DNA from: Candidatus Omnitrophota bacterium
GTDB lineage: Bacteria; Omnitrophota; Gorgyraeia; Gygaellales; Profunditerraquicolaceae
Direction: 5' to 3'
NCBI GenBank assembly: GCA_963805065.1
Contig: CAWDSS010000017.1
Span: forward strand, 64,726 to 128,725
Length of the DNA stretch: 64,000 bases
Part shown: positions 1 to 8,954 of the stretch, piece after piece
Position numbering within the stretch: the stretch's first letter is position 1
How the letters are laid out: each line of letters begins with the position of its first letter
Made by a program: the position numbers and the translations under genes
Notes under the pieces: generated by a model
What the model was told of the DNA's origin: nothing
The model's database searches: none
What the model saw: only the letters and a program-made list of their open reading frames with translations

Positions 1-396
1 CCTACGACAACTGGCGTTTAAACATTGAGGACAAAACCAAATTTGATAATTCGGACTGCCTCTAAATCTATAAGCAGCCCAATCTGCGGCATTACTCTGG
101 CAGTTGCCCGAAGAATCTACACAAAACCAAATCGCATTATCGCCACTAATACTAGTCGTTTTAATTACAGTATCCGCTCCAAATAACGTCTCATTCCCAA
201 TCGCTAGGGCCATTTCTTTACGCATATGGTCTATGAGGAGACCTACTTCATTATCGAGAGATGCCGTACGGTCAATGCTTGCATAACGGGAATGAGAAAA
301 ATAATAGATGCTGTTAACGCCTAAAACAATAATTGCAAGAAAACTGATAGCCACTGTTAACTCCAGCAAAGTTACAGCACGTATATGTCTTTCCAT
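1..396 (-). CDS. Type IV pilin-like (pseudopilin) protein, C-terminal part cut off by window edge
   Basis: Not in the ORF track because there is no stop inside the window. My translation of the minus strand from ATG 396..394 gives MERHIRA|VTLLELTVAISFLAIIVLGV... This has a short basic leader, Glu at +5 and a hydrophobic helix, as in prepilin N-termini. The frame stays open to base 1, and the gene lies directly downstream of two other pilin genes. Confidence 0.55.
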   Translation of the reverse strand, partial: MERHIRAVTLLELTVAISFLAIIVLGVNSIYYFSHSRYASIDRTASLDNEVGLLIDHMRKEMALAIGNETLFGADTVIKTTSISGDNAIWFCVDSSGNCQSNAADWAAYRFRGSPNYQIWFCPQCLNASCRR

Positions 397-401
397 TTAT
401 T

Positions 402-785
402 TTATGGGCTTAGTTCGTTCCAGTTAAGTTGTAATTGTACGCGGCGTAAGTTTGTCCCAGGTACTTGGTCTTTATTATAGGTAAGAGTGTAATTAATATT
501 GTTTACGGTTTGAGTTTGAGATGCAGGGTCGCAGTTGGTATTGGTGCCATCCGTGCTAACGCAATTACCAACACTCCAGGTAGTCGCATTTACATCCTGT
601 TGCAAGGGATCAAGAAAAAGCTTGCCTAACTCCGAACCGGCAATATTAGAACGGTTGTGCAGTTGGAATTTTTTTGCTGAGTTAAACAGGGTAATTATGC
701 CTGTTATGGCAATAGAGAAAACTATTAATGCCACAAGAATCTCAAATAAAGAAACTCCGTCTTTTCTCATCCTCGTAATTAGCAT
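402..785 (-). CDS. Type IV pilin-like minor pilin / pseudopilin
   Basis: N-terminus MRKDG|VSLFEILVALIVFSIAITGII has a prepilin leader, Gly-1, Glu+5 and a hydrophobic alpha-1 helix. 127 aa. Confidence 0.7.
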   Translation of the reverse strand: MLITRMRKDGVSLFEILVALIVFSIAITGIITLFNSAKKFQLHNRSNIAGSELGKLFLDPLQQDVNATTWSVGNCVSTDGTNTNCDPASQTQTVNNINYTLTYNKDQVPGTNLRRVQLQLNWNELSP

Positions 786-828
786 CTTGAATTAACCAAA
801 GTTTCTAATGTATGTATTTGAAACGGAT

Positions 829-868
829 AAAAAAACCTGCTGCATAGCTTTAATAACTACGCAGCAGG
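829..868 (-). terminator. Rho-independent terminator after the major pilin gene
   Basis: Minus strand reads CCTGCTGCGTAG-ttattaaag-CTATGCAGCAGG followed by TTTTTTT. This is a 12-bp stem 17 nt after the stop at 885. Confidence 0.7.
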
Positions 869-884
869 AGTTTTTAATATCAAA

Positions 885-1352
885 TTAATAACCGCCTGTA
901 CCTGACCAAGTATCTGTTCCGTTTGCAAAACTTGAAGTAAGAATAAGCGTGTCTGCTGTAGCATTGCCTGGCTGTTTACCATTTGCGCCTGTACAACGAA
1001 TTGCTGTAGCAACGAATCCGTCATTGGTAGCGTTCTGTGCTATGTTATAGCTAAAATAGTAACTTGTGCTGGGTGCAGCAGCATTACAAGCACTCGCTAT
1101 CTGGCCTGCATTGTTGCCAATACCGACTGCAGAGTTAACGATAGTGCCTGCGGGCATTGTAGGAGGAGTACCAGAATTGTTGCCTACCCACAAAGCAGCT
1201 GCCTGGGTGCGAATAGTACCTAACACTTCTCTTGCTTCTGCGCCGCGGGATCTTTCAATCATTCTTGTATACTGCGCAAAACCCAATGTAGCTAAGATAC
1301 CAATGATGACTATAACTACGATTAATTCCAGTAACGTAAAACCTTTTTTCAT
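885..1352 (-). CDS. pilA: Type IV pilin (probable major subunit)
   Basis: MKKG|FTLLELIVVIVIIGILATLGF is a canonical prepilin signal. 155 aa with a Cys pair in the C-terminal third. SD AAGGGGG lies upstream and a strong hairpin terminator follows. Confidence 0.8.
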   Translation of the reverse strand: MKKGFTLLELIVVIVIIGILATLGFAQYTRMIERSRGAEAREVLGTIRTQAAALWVGNNSGTPPTMPAGTIVNSAVGIGNNAGQIASACNAAAPSTSYYFSYNIAQNATNDGFVATAIRCTGANGKQPGNATADTLILTSSFANGTDTWSGTGGY

Positions 1353-1483
1353 AATACCCCCTTTTTAAAAATTCTGATTATTTTTGCTTGATTATGCAGG
1401 TTTTGTGTTTTTCTTCCACCCCCTTTCGGTGAAGCTCAATTTAAAATTAGCATAATAAGATTAAAAAGTCAAATACTTTATTA

Positions 1484-2716
1484 CTAATGAATCTTGGTAA
1501 TCTGGAATATAGGTAAGAACATTCCGATTACCATTAGCCCTATTACCGCGCCGATAAAAAGGAGCATCACGGGTTCAAACAGAGCAGTAAAGCGAGTTAA
1601 AAAAGTATCAAGGTACTCCTGGTAAAATGCATTTAACCGCTTAAACATATTGGATAGTTCGCCTATTTCTTCACCTATTGCTATCATTTGCACTGCCATA
1701 GGATCGAAATACCCGCTGTTTTCTAACGGCACGCTCAGGGGCTTTCCTTCGCGCACGCTGTCTTTGACATCGCGTATCACATCACCTATTATTAAGTTAT
1801 CCACGCTATGCTCGGCAATCTCCAGAGAAAACAGAATGGGAACGCCGCTTTCAACTAATGTTGCCATCTCGGAAGTAAACCTTTCAAAAATTAATACCTT
1901 AAAAAATTCTCCGAATATCGGCAACTTAAACAAAAATGCCTCGTATTGGCGCCTGCCATTTTTTGTAGAGATAAATTTACGCAAAGCAAAGAAACCCGCT
2001 ATCATGCTTATGACAATTAAAATTAGGTAATGTTGCATAAAATTGCTTACCGCTATAAGTACTTTAGTTAAAAACGGCATTTCAATTTTAAATCCCTTAA
2101 ATACCTCCATAAAAGTGGGTATGATTTTAATGGTGAGAAACAAAAGCGCACCCAAACCTGCTACCATCAAAATTGCAGGATATAGAAGCGCTGAAATAAT
2201 CTTTTTCTTGAATGCCGCATTTCTCTCTAAGTAACCTGCCAGGCGGCTTAAAATCATTGCCAGGTTTCCCGATGCCTCTCCGCTTTCAACCAGGTTAACC
2301 CATAATTCGGAAAAAACACCGGGGTGTTTTGCCATGGCCTCATGAAAACTGTAACCTGATTCCATGCTCTTTTGCAAATCCTTAATCACATTGTAGAGTT
2401 TACGGCTGGAAACCTGCTGGGCAATGATTTCCAGGCTCTTTAAAATCGTAACACCCGCACCCAAGAGAGTAGCCAACTGCCTACAGAAAAGCACTAAATC
2501 ATCGCCGGTAATACGGTAATGCTTTGGCCGAAAGCTTGCTTTGCTGGAAATTTCTTCTTGCGGCGCCTTAACTTCTTTATGCTCCGGAAAAACGTTTATT
2601 ACAATAAGGTCTTTGGCCTGCAGCTTTCTGATGACTTCTTCCTGCGTAGCAGCGTCTTCCACCCCGCTATCTTTCTTACCAGCCCTTGTTCTTGCCAGAT
2701 AAAAAAACTTCGTCAT
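1484..2716 (-). CDS. pilC: Type IV pilus / T2SS platform protein (GspF/PilC family)
   Basis: 410 aa polytopic protein with duplicated GspF motifs (LATLLGAGVTILKSLEII and MATLVESGVPILFSLEIAEH). Its start abuts the pilB stop at 2716. Confidence 0.85.
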   Translation of the reverse strand: MTKFFYLARTRAGKKDSGVEDAATQEEVIRKLQAKDLIVINVFPEHKEVKAPQEEISSKASFRPKHYRITGDDLVLFCRQLATLLGAGVTILKSLEIIAQQVSSRKLYNVIKDLQKSMESGYSFHEAMAKHPGVFSELWVNLVESGEASGNLAMILSRLAGYLERNAAFKKKIISALLYPAILMVAGLGALLFLTIKIIPTFMEVFKGFKIEMPFLTKVLIAVSNFMQHYLILIVISMIAGFFALRKFISTKNGRRQYEAFLFKLPIFGEFFKVLIFERFTSEMATLVESGVPILFSLEIAEHSVDNLIIGDVIRDVKDSVREGKPLSVPLENSGYFDPMAVQMIAIGEEIGELSNMFKRLNAFYQEYLDTFLTRFTALFEPVMLLFIGAVIGLMVIGMFLPIFQITKIH

Positions 2717-4437
2717 TAATCCGCTCCCAAGGTAACGGAGAGCGCCTCTTCTAACGAAGTCACTCCTTGTTCTACCTTCTTAATGCTGGATTCATAAAGA
2801 GTCTGCATCCCCGTAGCCCTGGCAACTTCCCGGATTTTCTGAAAGGAAGCCCGTTGATTTATCAGCTCTTTTATCTGCTGATTAACCGCCATAACCTCGG
2901 CAATACAGGCCCTGCCTTTATATCCTGTATTGTTGCACTTTACGCAGCCCTTAGCTTTGTATATTAATTCTGCTTTTAGATTTATGTTTTTTAATTCCTC
3001 TTTAGTCGGTTCGTAAGCCTCTTTACAACTGCCGCATAATTTTCTTACCAGCCGCTGGGCAACTACCAATAGCAATGAAGGCGCCAATATATAATATTCA
3101 ATACCTATGTCCATAAGGCGGGTAACAGCAGAAGGCGCATCGTTGGTGTGTAGGGTACTTAACACCAAGTGGCCGGTTAAAGCAGAGCGCGCGCAAATCT
3201 GTGCAGTCTCTAAGTCTCTTACCTCGCCCACCAACATTACATCCGGGTCCTGCCTTAAGAAACTACGTAATGCTGAGGCAAAAGTCAGGCCTATGTCTGG
3301 TTTTACCTGCACCTGGTTAATACCCTCTAATTTATATTCAACCGGGTCTTCAATAGTAATGATATTCTTTGTGGAATTTTTTATTTCGTTTAAAATAGCG
3401 TATAATGTAGTCGTCTTTCCGCTGCCTGTTGGCCCGGTCAAAAATACCAGCCCGTATGGTGCGTTAACAGCTTTACGTATAATTTCATTTTGTTTGGCTT
3501 CAAAACCCAGTTGGTTAAGGTCCAATACAACCTGGCTCCTATCCAGTATCCTCATTACTACTTTCTCACCGTAAATAGTAGGAATGGTTGAAACTCTTAA
3601 GTCTATGGGCCTTTCTCCTATCCTTACCAGAAAAGCGCCGTCCTGAGGAAGGCGCTTTTCTGCTATGTCAAGTTTGGCAAGTATCTTTATGCGGGATACA
3701 ATCGGAAGGTGCAAATGTTTTGCCGGAGGAGGTATTTCATAAAGCTTGCCGTCTATGCGGTACCTTAGAGATATTCTCTCTTTAAAAGGCTCTATGTGAA
3801 TATCAGAGGCAAGTTCATCTATGGCTTGTCGTATAATCAGGTCAACCAGTTTTACTACGGGTGCTTCTTCTGCGCGGGCAATTAGCTTATCCAGGCTTAA
3901 TTCCTGATCAAGTGTTTCCGTATCCAGAATAGGGGTTGTAACAGAGGTGATGTCGTAACTAGCTTCCACTGCTTCCTTGAACATTGCGGATTTGCCATAA
4001 AACTCTTCTATTGCCTTGCTGATATCCGTTTTGGTAGCGATTACAGGATTAATTTCACAGCCGGTCATTTTTCTTAAGTTATCTATGAGTATCAGATCCA
4101 GAGGATCAGATGTTGCTACCGTAAGAGATTTAAGGGTTCTTGATAACGGCAAGCAAGAATTTTTCAGCGCAAAGTCCTGAGGCAGGAGGTTTTCCAATCC
4201 CTGGTCAATTGCCGGCTTAAGCATTCCTGTGCCTAATGAGAAATAGGGGATATTGAGTTGTTTTGCTAATGTGGCAACCATCTGGTCTTCTTTTAGAATG
4301 CCTAACTTTACAAATATCTCTCCCAGCCGGCCGCCTTCCTGCCTTTGCATGCTAATAGCTTTTTCAAGCTGCTTCTCGTCAATAAGGCCTTCTTTGACGA
4401 GCAATTCTCCTAACCTTAAATACTTTTCCTTGGGCAT
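2716..4437 (-). CDS. pilB: Type IV pilus assembly ATPase (GspE/PilB family) with N-terminal MshEN-type domain
   Basis: Walker A GPTGSGKTT, Walker B/Asp box DPDVMLVGEVRD, His box TGHLVLSTLHTN, tetracysteine CGSC...CVKC. Two RLGxxLVxxG... motifs at the N-terminus. Confidence 0.9.
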   Translation of the reverse strand: MPKEKYLRLGELLVKEGLIDEKQLEKAISMQRQEGGRLGEIFVKLGILKEDQMVATLAKQLNIPYFSLGTGMLKPAIDQGLENLLPQDFALKNSCLPLSRTLKSLTVATSDPLDLILIDNLRKMTGCEINPVIATKTDISKAIEEFYGKSAMFKEAVEASYDITSVTTPILDTETLDQELSLDKLIARAEEAPVVKLVDLIIRQAIDELASDIHIEPFKERISLRYRIDGKLYEIPPPAKHLHLPIVSRIKILAKLDIAEKRLPQDGAFLVRIGERPIDLRVSTIPTIYGEKVVMRILDRSQVVLDLNQLGFEAKQNEIIRKAVNAPYGLVFLTGPTGSGKTTTLYAILNEIKNSTKNIITIEDPVEYKLEGINQVQVKPDIGLTFASALRSFLRQDPDVMLVGEVRDLETAQICARSALTGHLVLSTLHTNDAPSAVTRLMDIGIEYYILAPSLLLVVAQRLVRKLCGSCKEAYEPTKEELKNINLKAELIYKAKGCVKCNNTGYKGRACIAEVMAVNQQIKELINQRASFQKIREVARATGMQTLYESSIKKVEQGVTSLEEALSVTLGAD

Positions 4438-4439
4438 TA

Positions 4440-6068
4440 TTATCTTTCCTTCTTGTAATTATTTAAAACAGAGGCGACTAAAGCTGAACGGTTAACTTCT
4501 GCACCTGCGTATTGTTCTCTTATGGGAAAGGTATTATTTTTTACCAGGCCAGCCTCGATATTAGAATTGGCTGCCACATTAGAAGTTACCTTGGCATCCT
4601 TTATAATGTGAGGCGTGATAAAAACCAACAACTCGCGCTGTTGGTTTTTATCGGGAGAATTCGCAGTGCCTCCTACGTGCCTGAACAGTCCTCCTATCAA
4701 AGGAATGTCTCCTAAAATAGGAAGTTTCACTTCCTGCCTTACCACGTCATTACGCATCAGGCCACCGATAATCACCGTTTCTGCGTCTTTGACCTTTATG
4801 ACTGATTTTGTGCTGCGTATTTGGGGATCCCTGAATTGAAATTGCTGGCTGTTCTCTATAAAAGAATTACCCGGTACCGTATCAGCAACCAATGGATAAA
4901 TCATCATGGTAATTTCTCCGTTATCAACATTAATCTGCGGAGTAACCCGAAGAATCACCCCGGTCTGAACCCTTTCCGGCTGTACGCTTTGTGTGGTTAT
5001 GCTCGAAGACCCGCTAGTATTTGTTGTTATGCCAACTGATTCATTAGTCGCAATACTGATTTCAGCGGTTTCGTTATTTAAAGTGCGGATCTTGGGCCTG
5101 GCTAAAATTTTAGTATCGCTTTTTGTTGTCAAAAAATCAAATATTAAGCTTAGATTAGTAAAACTTACCTTACCATAAGTAAAGGGGCCTTTTTGTGGCT
5201 CTTCAGGCGCAAAGGCGCTCAGAGGAAATGCTGTCGGCCGGGCGGCACTTAGAACAGTCATGCCAAAAGAACCCGCGCCGCTGAAATCAAACCCCAGGTT
5301 ATCCACAGTATCTTTGCTGACATCCAGCATTTCAACTTCAAGAACTACCTGAGGAATAGGGACATCCAGAGACGCAATCACCTGGGAAATAACTGACATC
5401 TTCATAGGCGTATCAGTTATAATAAGGCTGTTTGTTCTGTAATCCTCAATTACAGAACCATCCTGGGAAAGAAGTTTTTTAACTGCTTTAGTAATTCCTA
5501 CGTCGTTCTCTATTGCCCATTTACCTGAACCACCGCCACCTGCTGTTGTGCTTGTGCTACTTGTGGTGCTTGAACTGCTCGAACCACTTGTACCACCCGT
5601 ACCTAAACTAAGGCTGCTGGAACTGGATGATGTTGGTGTAAGCTGGTAACCCATTTCTTCCTTTAGGGAAGATGATGAAACAGTAGCATTCTTCAGATAA
5701 AAAACCTTTGTTATCATTTCTGTCTGAAGCTTGCCCAAGTCCTTAATAATAAATATATTCGCATCTTTATACAATTCATAAGCAAGGTTATTCGCCTTAA
5801 ATATTTTATCCATTGCCTGCTTAAGAGGGACTTTATCCAGATAAAGGGTTACTTTCCTATCCTGGACCCCTTCGGAAGCAATGAAATTAAGGCCTGATTG
5901 CATTGACAAAATCTTGAGCACGTTTTTTAAGCCCGCGTCCTGAAAATCCATGGAAATCAGCGGTTCAGTATCAGGAAATGAGGCGGGAGAATCCGCATTT
6001 AATTTCGTCAAAGATGGGCCGATAAGAAATAACATGATAAATACGCATAAACTAAAATTTCTTTTCAT
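4440..6068 (-). CDS. pilQ: Secretin (PilQ/GspD family)
   Basis: C-terminal secretin motifs VIIGGLMRNDV...LPILGDIPLIGGLFR...LLVFITPHII. I place the start at ATG 6068 (MKRNFSLCVFIMLFLIG signal peptide, SD GGAGGG 6 nt upstream) rather than at the ORF-track start 6149. Confidence 0.85.
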   Translation of the reverse strand: MKRNFSLCVFIMLFLIGPSLTKLNADSPASFPDTEPLISMDFQDAGLKNVLKILSMQSGLNFIASEGVQDRKVTLYLDKVPLKQAMDKIFKANNLAYELYKDANIFIIKDLGKLQTEMITKVFYLKNATVSSSSLKEEMGYQLTPTSSSSSSLSLGTGGTSGSSSSSTTSSTSTTAGGGGSGKWAIENDVGITKAVKKLLSQDGSVIEDYRTNSLIITDTPMKMSVISQVIASLDVPIPQVVLEVEMLDVSKDTVDNLGFDFSGAGSFGMTVLSAARPTAFPLSAFAPEEPQKGPFTYGKVSFTNLSLIFDFLTTKSDTKILARPKIRTLNNETAEISIATNESVGITTNTSGSSSITTQSVQPERVQTGVILRVTPQINVDNGEITMMIYPLVADTVPGNSFIENSQQFQFRDPQIRSTKSVIKVKDAETVIIGGLMRNDVVRQEVKLPILGDIPLIGGLFRHVGGTANSPDKNQQRELLVFITPHIIKDAKVTSNVAANSNIEAGLVKNNTFPIREQYAGAEVNRSALVASVLNNYKKER

Positions 6069-6579
6069 ATTGCCCTCCTGGGATAATATTCTTATTTGCA
6101 GGTTTATAATTTGATATAACCACGGGTACCATATATTCCTTGCCCTCAAAAAGAAAAGTTACGCCGTCTTTATCGATTTTTTTTACGCTTGCCCCTTCTA
6201 TCATTTGCCCTATTTTTAAAACTTTATTATCTACAATCGCCTGAGGAAAATCGCCTCCCCAGGCCAGGCCCTGTATTGTTAAATTCGGGAATGGTTTTAC
6301 TGCCTCCTGCTGTTTGGCAATATTGGAAGCTTCTTTCGAAGTTCCTTGTTCTTTTTTTTCTGTAGCGTAAGGTTCAAAAGGATCCCTTAGCCCTTGGGCT
6401 CTGTATGTCTGGACAGGACGTTTCGGGATTAAAACTTCAGAAACTGCCTTTTCTGAAGCTGTGAGTTCCTTTATGGCCACTAAATCCGACGGCTCTGCAA
6501 ATAAGCCTGAGACGAGGAGAAAAAGCATACACATAGTTACATAAACCACTGATAATAATACCTGCCTGATTCTATGCAT
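6052..6579 (-). CDS. PilP/GspC-like secretin-associated periplasmic protein
   Basis: N-terminal membrane anchor, an RDPF motif, and a C-terminal beta domain (LTIQGLAWGG..PQAIVDNKVLKIGQMIEG). It sits directly upstream of the secretin and overlaps its start by 17 nt. Confidence 0.55.
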   Translation of the reverse strand: MHRIRQVLLSVVYVTMCMLFLLVSGLFAEPSDLVAIKELTASEKAVSEVLIPKRPVQTYRAQGLRDPFEPYATEKKEQGTSKEASNIAKQQEAVKPFPNLTIQGLAWGGDFPQAIVDNKVLKIGQMIEGASVKKIDKDGVTFLFEGKEYMVPVVISNYKPANKNIIPGGQYEKKF

Positions 6580-6585
6580 ATTTGT

Positions 6586-7110
6586 CTAATCTTCTAAGGT
6601 AACAAAGCTAAATGTCAGGTTCACCGATAGCTTACTTTCCTTATAATTACGGGTTGCAGTGATATTTTCGATTATAAATACCTCGCCTGTGCTTTCCAAC
6701 CTACTCACGAAACTCCCTAAATCATGGTAGCTGGGGGTTACAAAAGATATGACAAAAGGCCATTTGGTAAACAGCTTGTATTTAACTTGCCCTTCCGGCC
6801 TAATAGATACAATTTTTATACCTAGTTCATTGGCGATATTGGAAACGGCTCGTATTATCGAATCGGGGTCTCTTTTGGCAAGCAGGCTTTTATAACCATT
6901 ATTTCTTTTCTCCAGGCTGTTAATTTGCTGAGTTACCTCATTCTTGCTTATTTCTAATTCTTTCTGGGCATTTAGCAAACGGATTTCTTTGTCCTGGTTT
7001 TTATAAATGCTCTGTGAAATTATAAGCGCGAGAATTATTATAAAGATATTAACAATCTGATTCTTATATTTTTTAATATCGGGGACTTCTAAATTGCTTT
7101 TTAAATCCAT
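6586..7110 (-). CDS. pilO: PilO-like pilus assembly protein
   Basis: 174 aa with one TM helix, then a coiled coil, then a C-terminal alpha/beta domain. Positioned between the PilM/N and PilP genes. Confidence 0.55.
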   Translation of the reverse strand: MDLKSNLEVPDIKKYKNQIVNIFIIILALIISQSIYKNQDKEIRLLNAQKELEISKNEVTQQINSLEKRNNGYKSLLAKRDPDSIIRAVSNIANELGIKIVSIRPEGQVKYKLFTKWPFVISFVTPSYHDLGSFVSRLESTGEVFIIENITATRNYKESKLSVNLTFSFVTLED

Positions 7111-7123
7111 TCTTAACCCCTTT

Positions 7124-8671
7124 TTATGTACTACTACAATATATGGAAAAGTATGTTACGGTTACCTTATCAAGTTCTCTACGATCCATGGATTTAATGC
7201 GTATATCTTTAAAATATTTTCCAAAACCAGGGTTACTTTTTAAACCTGTAACCAATTTATTCACCGCCTCAAATTCTTTGTCGCCTTCGCCTAAATAAAC
7301 TATGCCGTTCAAGGCAAAAGTCGCTACTCCTGACTGGTTGCTAAAAGCAAAGTCTGTCAGCCAAGCGCCGTTAGGCATTACACTTGGTATTGCAGCTAAT
7401 GGTTCGGTTATGTACAACTGGTTCTTCACGAGATCATCTATAACATCCAGCCTTGACTTATATGAAGATTGCACGCCGGTCAAATCTTCATAGCTAGACA
7501 AGGGGTTCGCTGAAGTAATACCGATACGCGATTTTACTATGCCTTGCAATTCCCTGCGTAGCGGAGATGCACGATAAACCCCAAACATAAATGTAGCTAT
7601 ACAAATAAACACTCCTAACACTACAAACCTAAAGTCTATTCTTAGATCCTTAAAAAATGATTCGGCTTCCCTCAGCGGAATTCTTTCAAGCGGGATCTTT
7701 ACTTTCTCTCTTGCTGCCAGTAAATTAATTTTTATATCGGTGCGTATTATTCTGGACAAAGAGGCGCAATACCCCTTTATAAAACTTAAGGAATAAGAAA
7801 ATATTCCGCCTATGCGCCTGGTAACATCCATGAATTGAACTTCCAGGCCCATTTCTTTTACAACTGCTTCCAGGTTCTGACGAAATTCGGGGCTACACAA
7901 AAGCAGGATCTTCTTAGTATTCTTAGCTGCAAATTTACGGCGATAATAGTCTAAAGACACGCGTATTTCTGTCTTTAATTTTTCCAACACATCATCTATG
8001 CTCTTTTCCTCAAAATCTCCCAGGTCTCCTGCCTCAGATACCAAAGCAATATCACGGCTGAACAAAGGAAAACCGTTCTCTAATACCGTAAAGTTGACTT
8101 CATCTTTGCCCTGAATATCTACTGCCAGCACACCTATTACGCCTCTATCGCTTGAATTTGTCAGCTTGAGGCAGCGTAAAATGCTGTAAGCAGAATACTC
8201 TATTGCTTTAATCTTAATGTTCAGCTGGTCTAATATAGAAATATACTTATCCAGTATTTCTTTCTTTATGCCTATAAAAAGGACAAGGTTAGAATGGCTA
8301 TCTTTATCTAAGGTTATCTGGGAGTCCGAAATTAAATCTTCGACTTTAAAAGGAATGTATTTCTTGACTTCAAAATTTATCGCGCTCTGCAATTCATCGC
8401 GTGACATTACGGGCATTTCTAATATACGTATGATTAGGTCTTTTCCGGAGAGAGAAAGAGTAGCTTCTTTGGCTTGTATATTATTCTTCTTCAATTCCTC
8501 TTTTAAAAGGTTAATTAGCCTGGCAGATTTAGCTTCCGCAGAGGAGCTCTCTTCTAATTCCCCTTCTGGCATGGTAGATTGAGGGATTAAAGCGCTACTG
8601 ACAAGCTTTCTTCCTTTGGTTTCCACCACGCTGATGAATTTTGGCCCGAAATAAATACCTAATGAATTCAT
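7124..8671 (-). CDS. PilM-like actin-fold ATPase fused to a PilN-like TM + periplasmic domain
   Basis: 515 aa. The N-terminal ~330 aa resemble PilM (GIYFGPKFISVVETKG start). A single TM follows (FRFVVLGVFICIATFMFGVY), then a ~150-aa periplasmic domain, where separate pilM and pilN genes are normally found. Confidence 0.6.
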   Translation of the reverse strand: MNSLGIYFGPKFISVVETKGRKLVSSALIPQSTMPEGELEESSSAEAKSARLINLLKEELKKNNIQAKEATLSLSGKDLIIRILEMPVMSRDELQSAINFEVKKYIPFKVEDLISDSQITLDKDSHSNLVLFIGIKKEILDKYISILDQLNIKIKAIEYSAYSILRCLKLTNSSDRGVIGVLAVDIQGKDEVNFTVLENGFPLFSRDIALVSEAGDLGDFEEKSIDDVLEKLKTEIRVSLDYYRRKFAAKNTKKILLLCSPEFRQNLEAVVKEMGLEVQFMDVTRRIGGIFSYSLSFIKGYCASLSRIIRTDIKINLLAAREKVKIPLERIPLREAESFFKDLRIDFRFVVLGVFICIATFMFGVYRASPLRRELQGIVKSRIGITSANPLSSYEDLTGVQSSYKSRLDVIDDLVKNQLYITEPLAAIPSVMPNGAWLTDFAFSNQSGVATFALNGIVYLGEGDKEFEAVNKLVTGLKSNPGFGKYFKDIRIKSMDRRELDKVTVTYFSIYCSST

Positions 8672-8859
8672 TGGCTGTCTCCGGTCTTAGACAGGCGTCT
8701 TCTGCTCTTTAGCCAATTATCAATTTCCTTGCGTTCAAACCTCCAGACTCCGCCTACCTTAATACCGCCTATTTTGCCTTGATGTAACCAATTATAAATG
8801 GTCTGCTTTCTTAGTTTCAAATAGTTAGCTAATTCGTCAATATCTATAAGGCTGGGCAT
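8668..8859 (-). CDS. Excisionase-family (MerR-like) helix-turn-helix DNA-binding protein
   Basis: 63 aa. ELANYLKLRKQTIYNWLHQGKIGGIKVGGVWRFERKEIDNWL matches the HTH_17/excisionase pattern. Strong SD (GGAAGGAG). Its stop overlaps the pilM/N start by 4 nt. Confidence 0.7.
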   Translation of the reverse strand: MPSLIDIDELANYLKLRKQTIYNWLHQGKIGGIKVGGVWRFERKEIDNWLKSRRRLSKTGDSQ

Positions 8860-8899
8860 ATTTCTCCTTCCTTATCCATTATAAATTACATTGTTTTAC

Positions 8900-8928
8900 A
8901 TTAGAACATAAAAACATTATATTGTCAA
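8900..8928 (-). promoter_or_regulatory. Sigma70-like promoter of the HTH-pil operon
   Basis: Minus strand reads TTGACA (8928..8923), a 17-nt spacer, then TCTAAT (8905..8900), about 40 nt upstream of ATG 8859. Confidence 0.45.
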
Positions 8929-8954
8929 CTGTTTTTTTATATATACTTCACTAA

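Noticed and set aside
104-286. 60-aa plus-strand ORF at the window start.
   Set aside because: It is antisense to the open minus-strand frame encoding a pilin-like N-terminus (ATG at 396), and it has no SD.
402-6068. Calling the cluster a classical type II secretion system (GspD/E/F/G).
   Set aside because: PilM-, PilN-, PilO- and PilP-like genes are present and GspC/L/M-type genes are absent, which favours a type IV pilus-like machine. The T2SS alternative cannot be excluded without profile searches, so the calls are phrased as a type IV filament system.
6069-6149. N-terminal extensions given by the ORF track for pilQ (6149), argC (38327), leuC (45754), fabF (47081), nadX (23616, TTG), the LolA-like gene (44438, GTG) and the Zn-ribbon gene (9970, TTG).
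   Set aside because: The downstream ATGs give the N-termini expected for the families or a proper signal peptide, mostly preceded by an SD (leuC and fabF have none). The extensions overlap upstream genes or are encoded by intergenic repeats.
8668-8859. Excisionase-family HTH considered as a marker of a prophage or integrative element.
   Set aside because: There is no integrase, no phage or conjugation genes, no att-like repeats and no tRNA nearby. The gene is translationally coupled to pilM and has an ordinary promoter.
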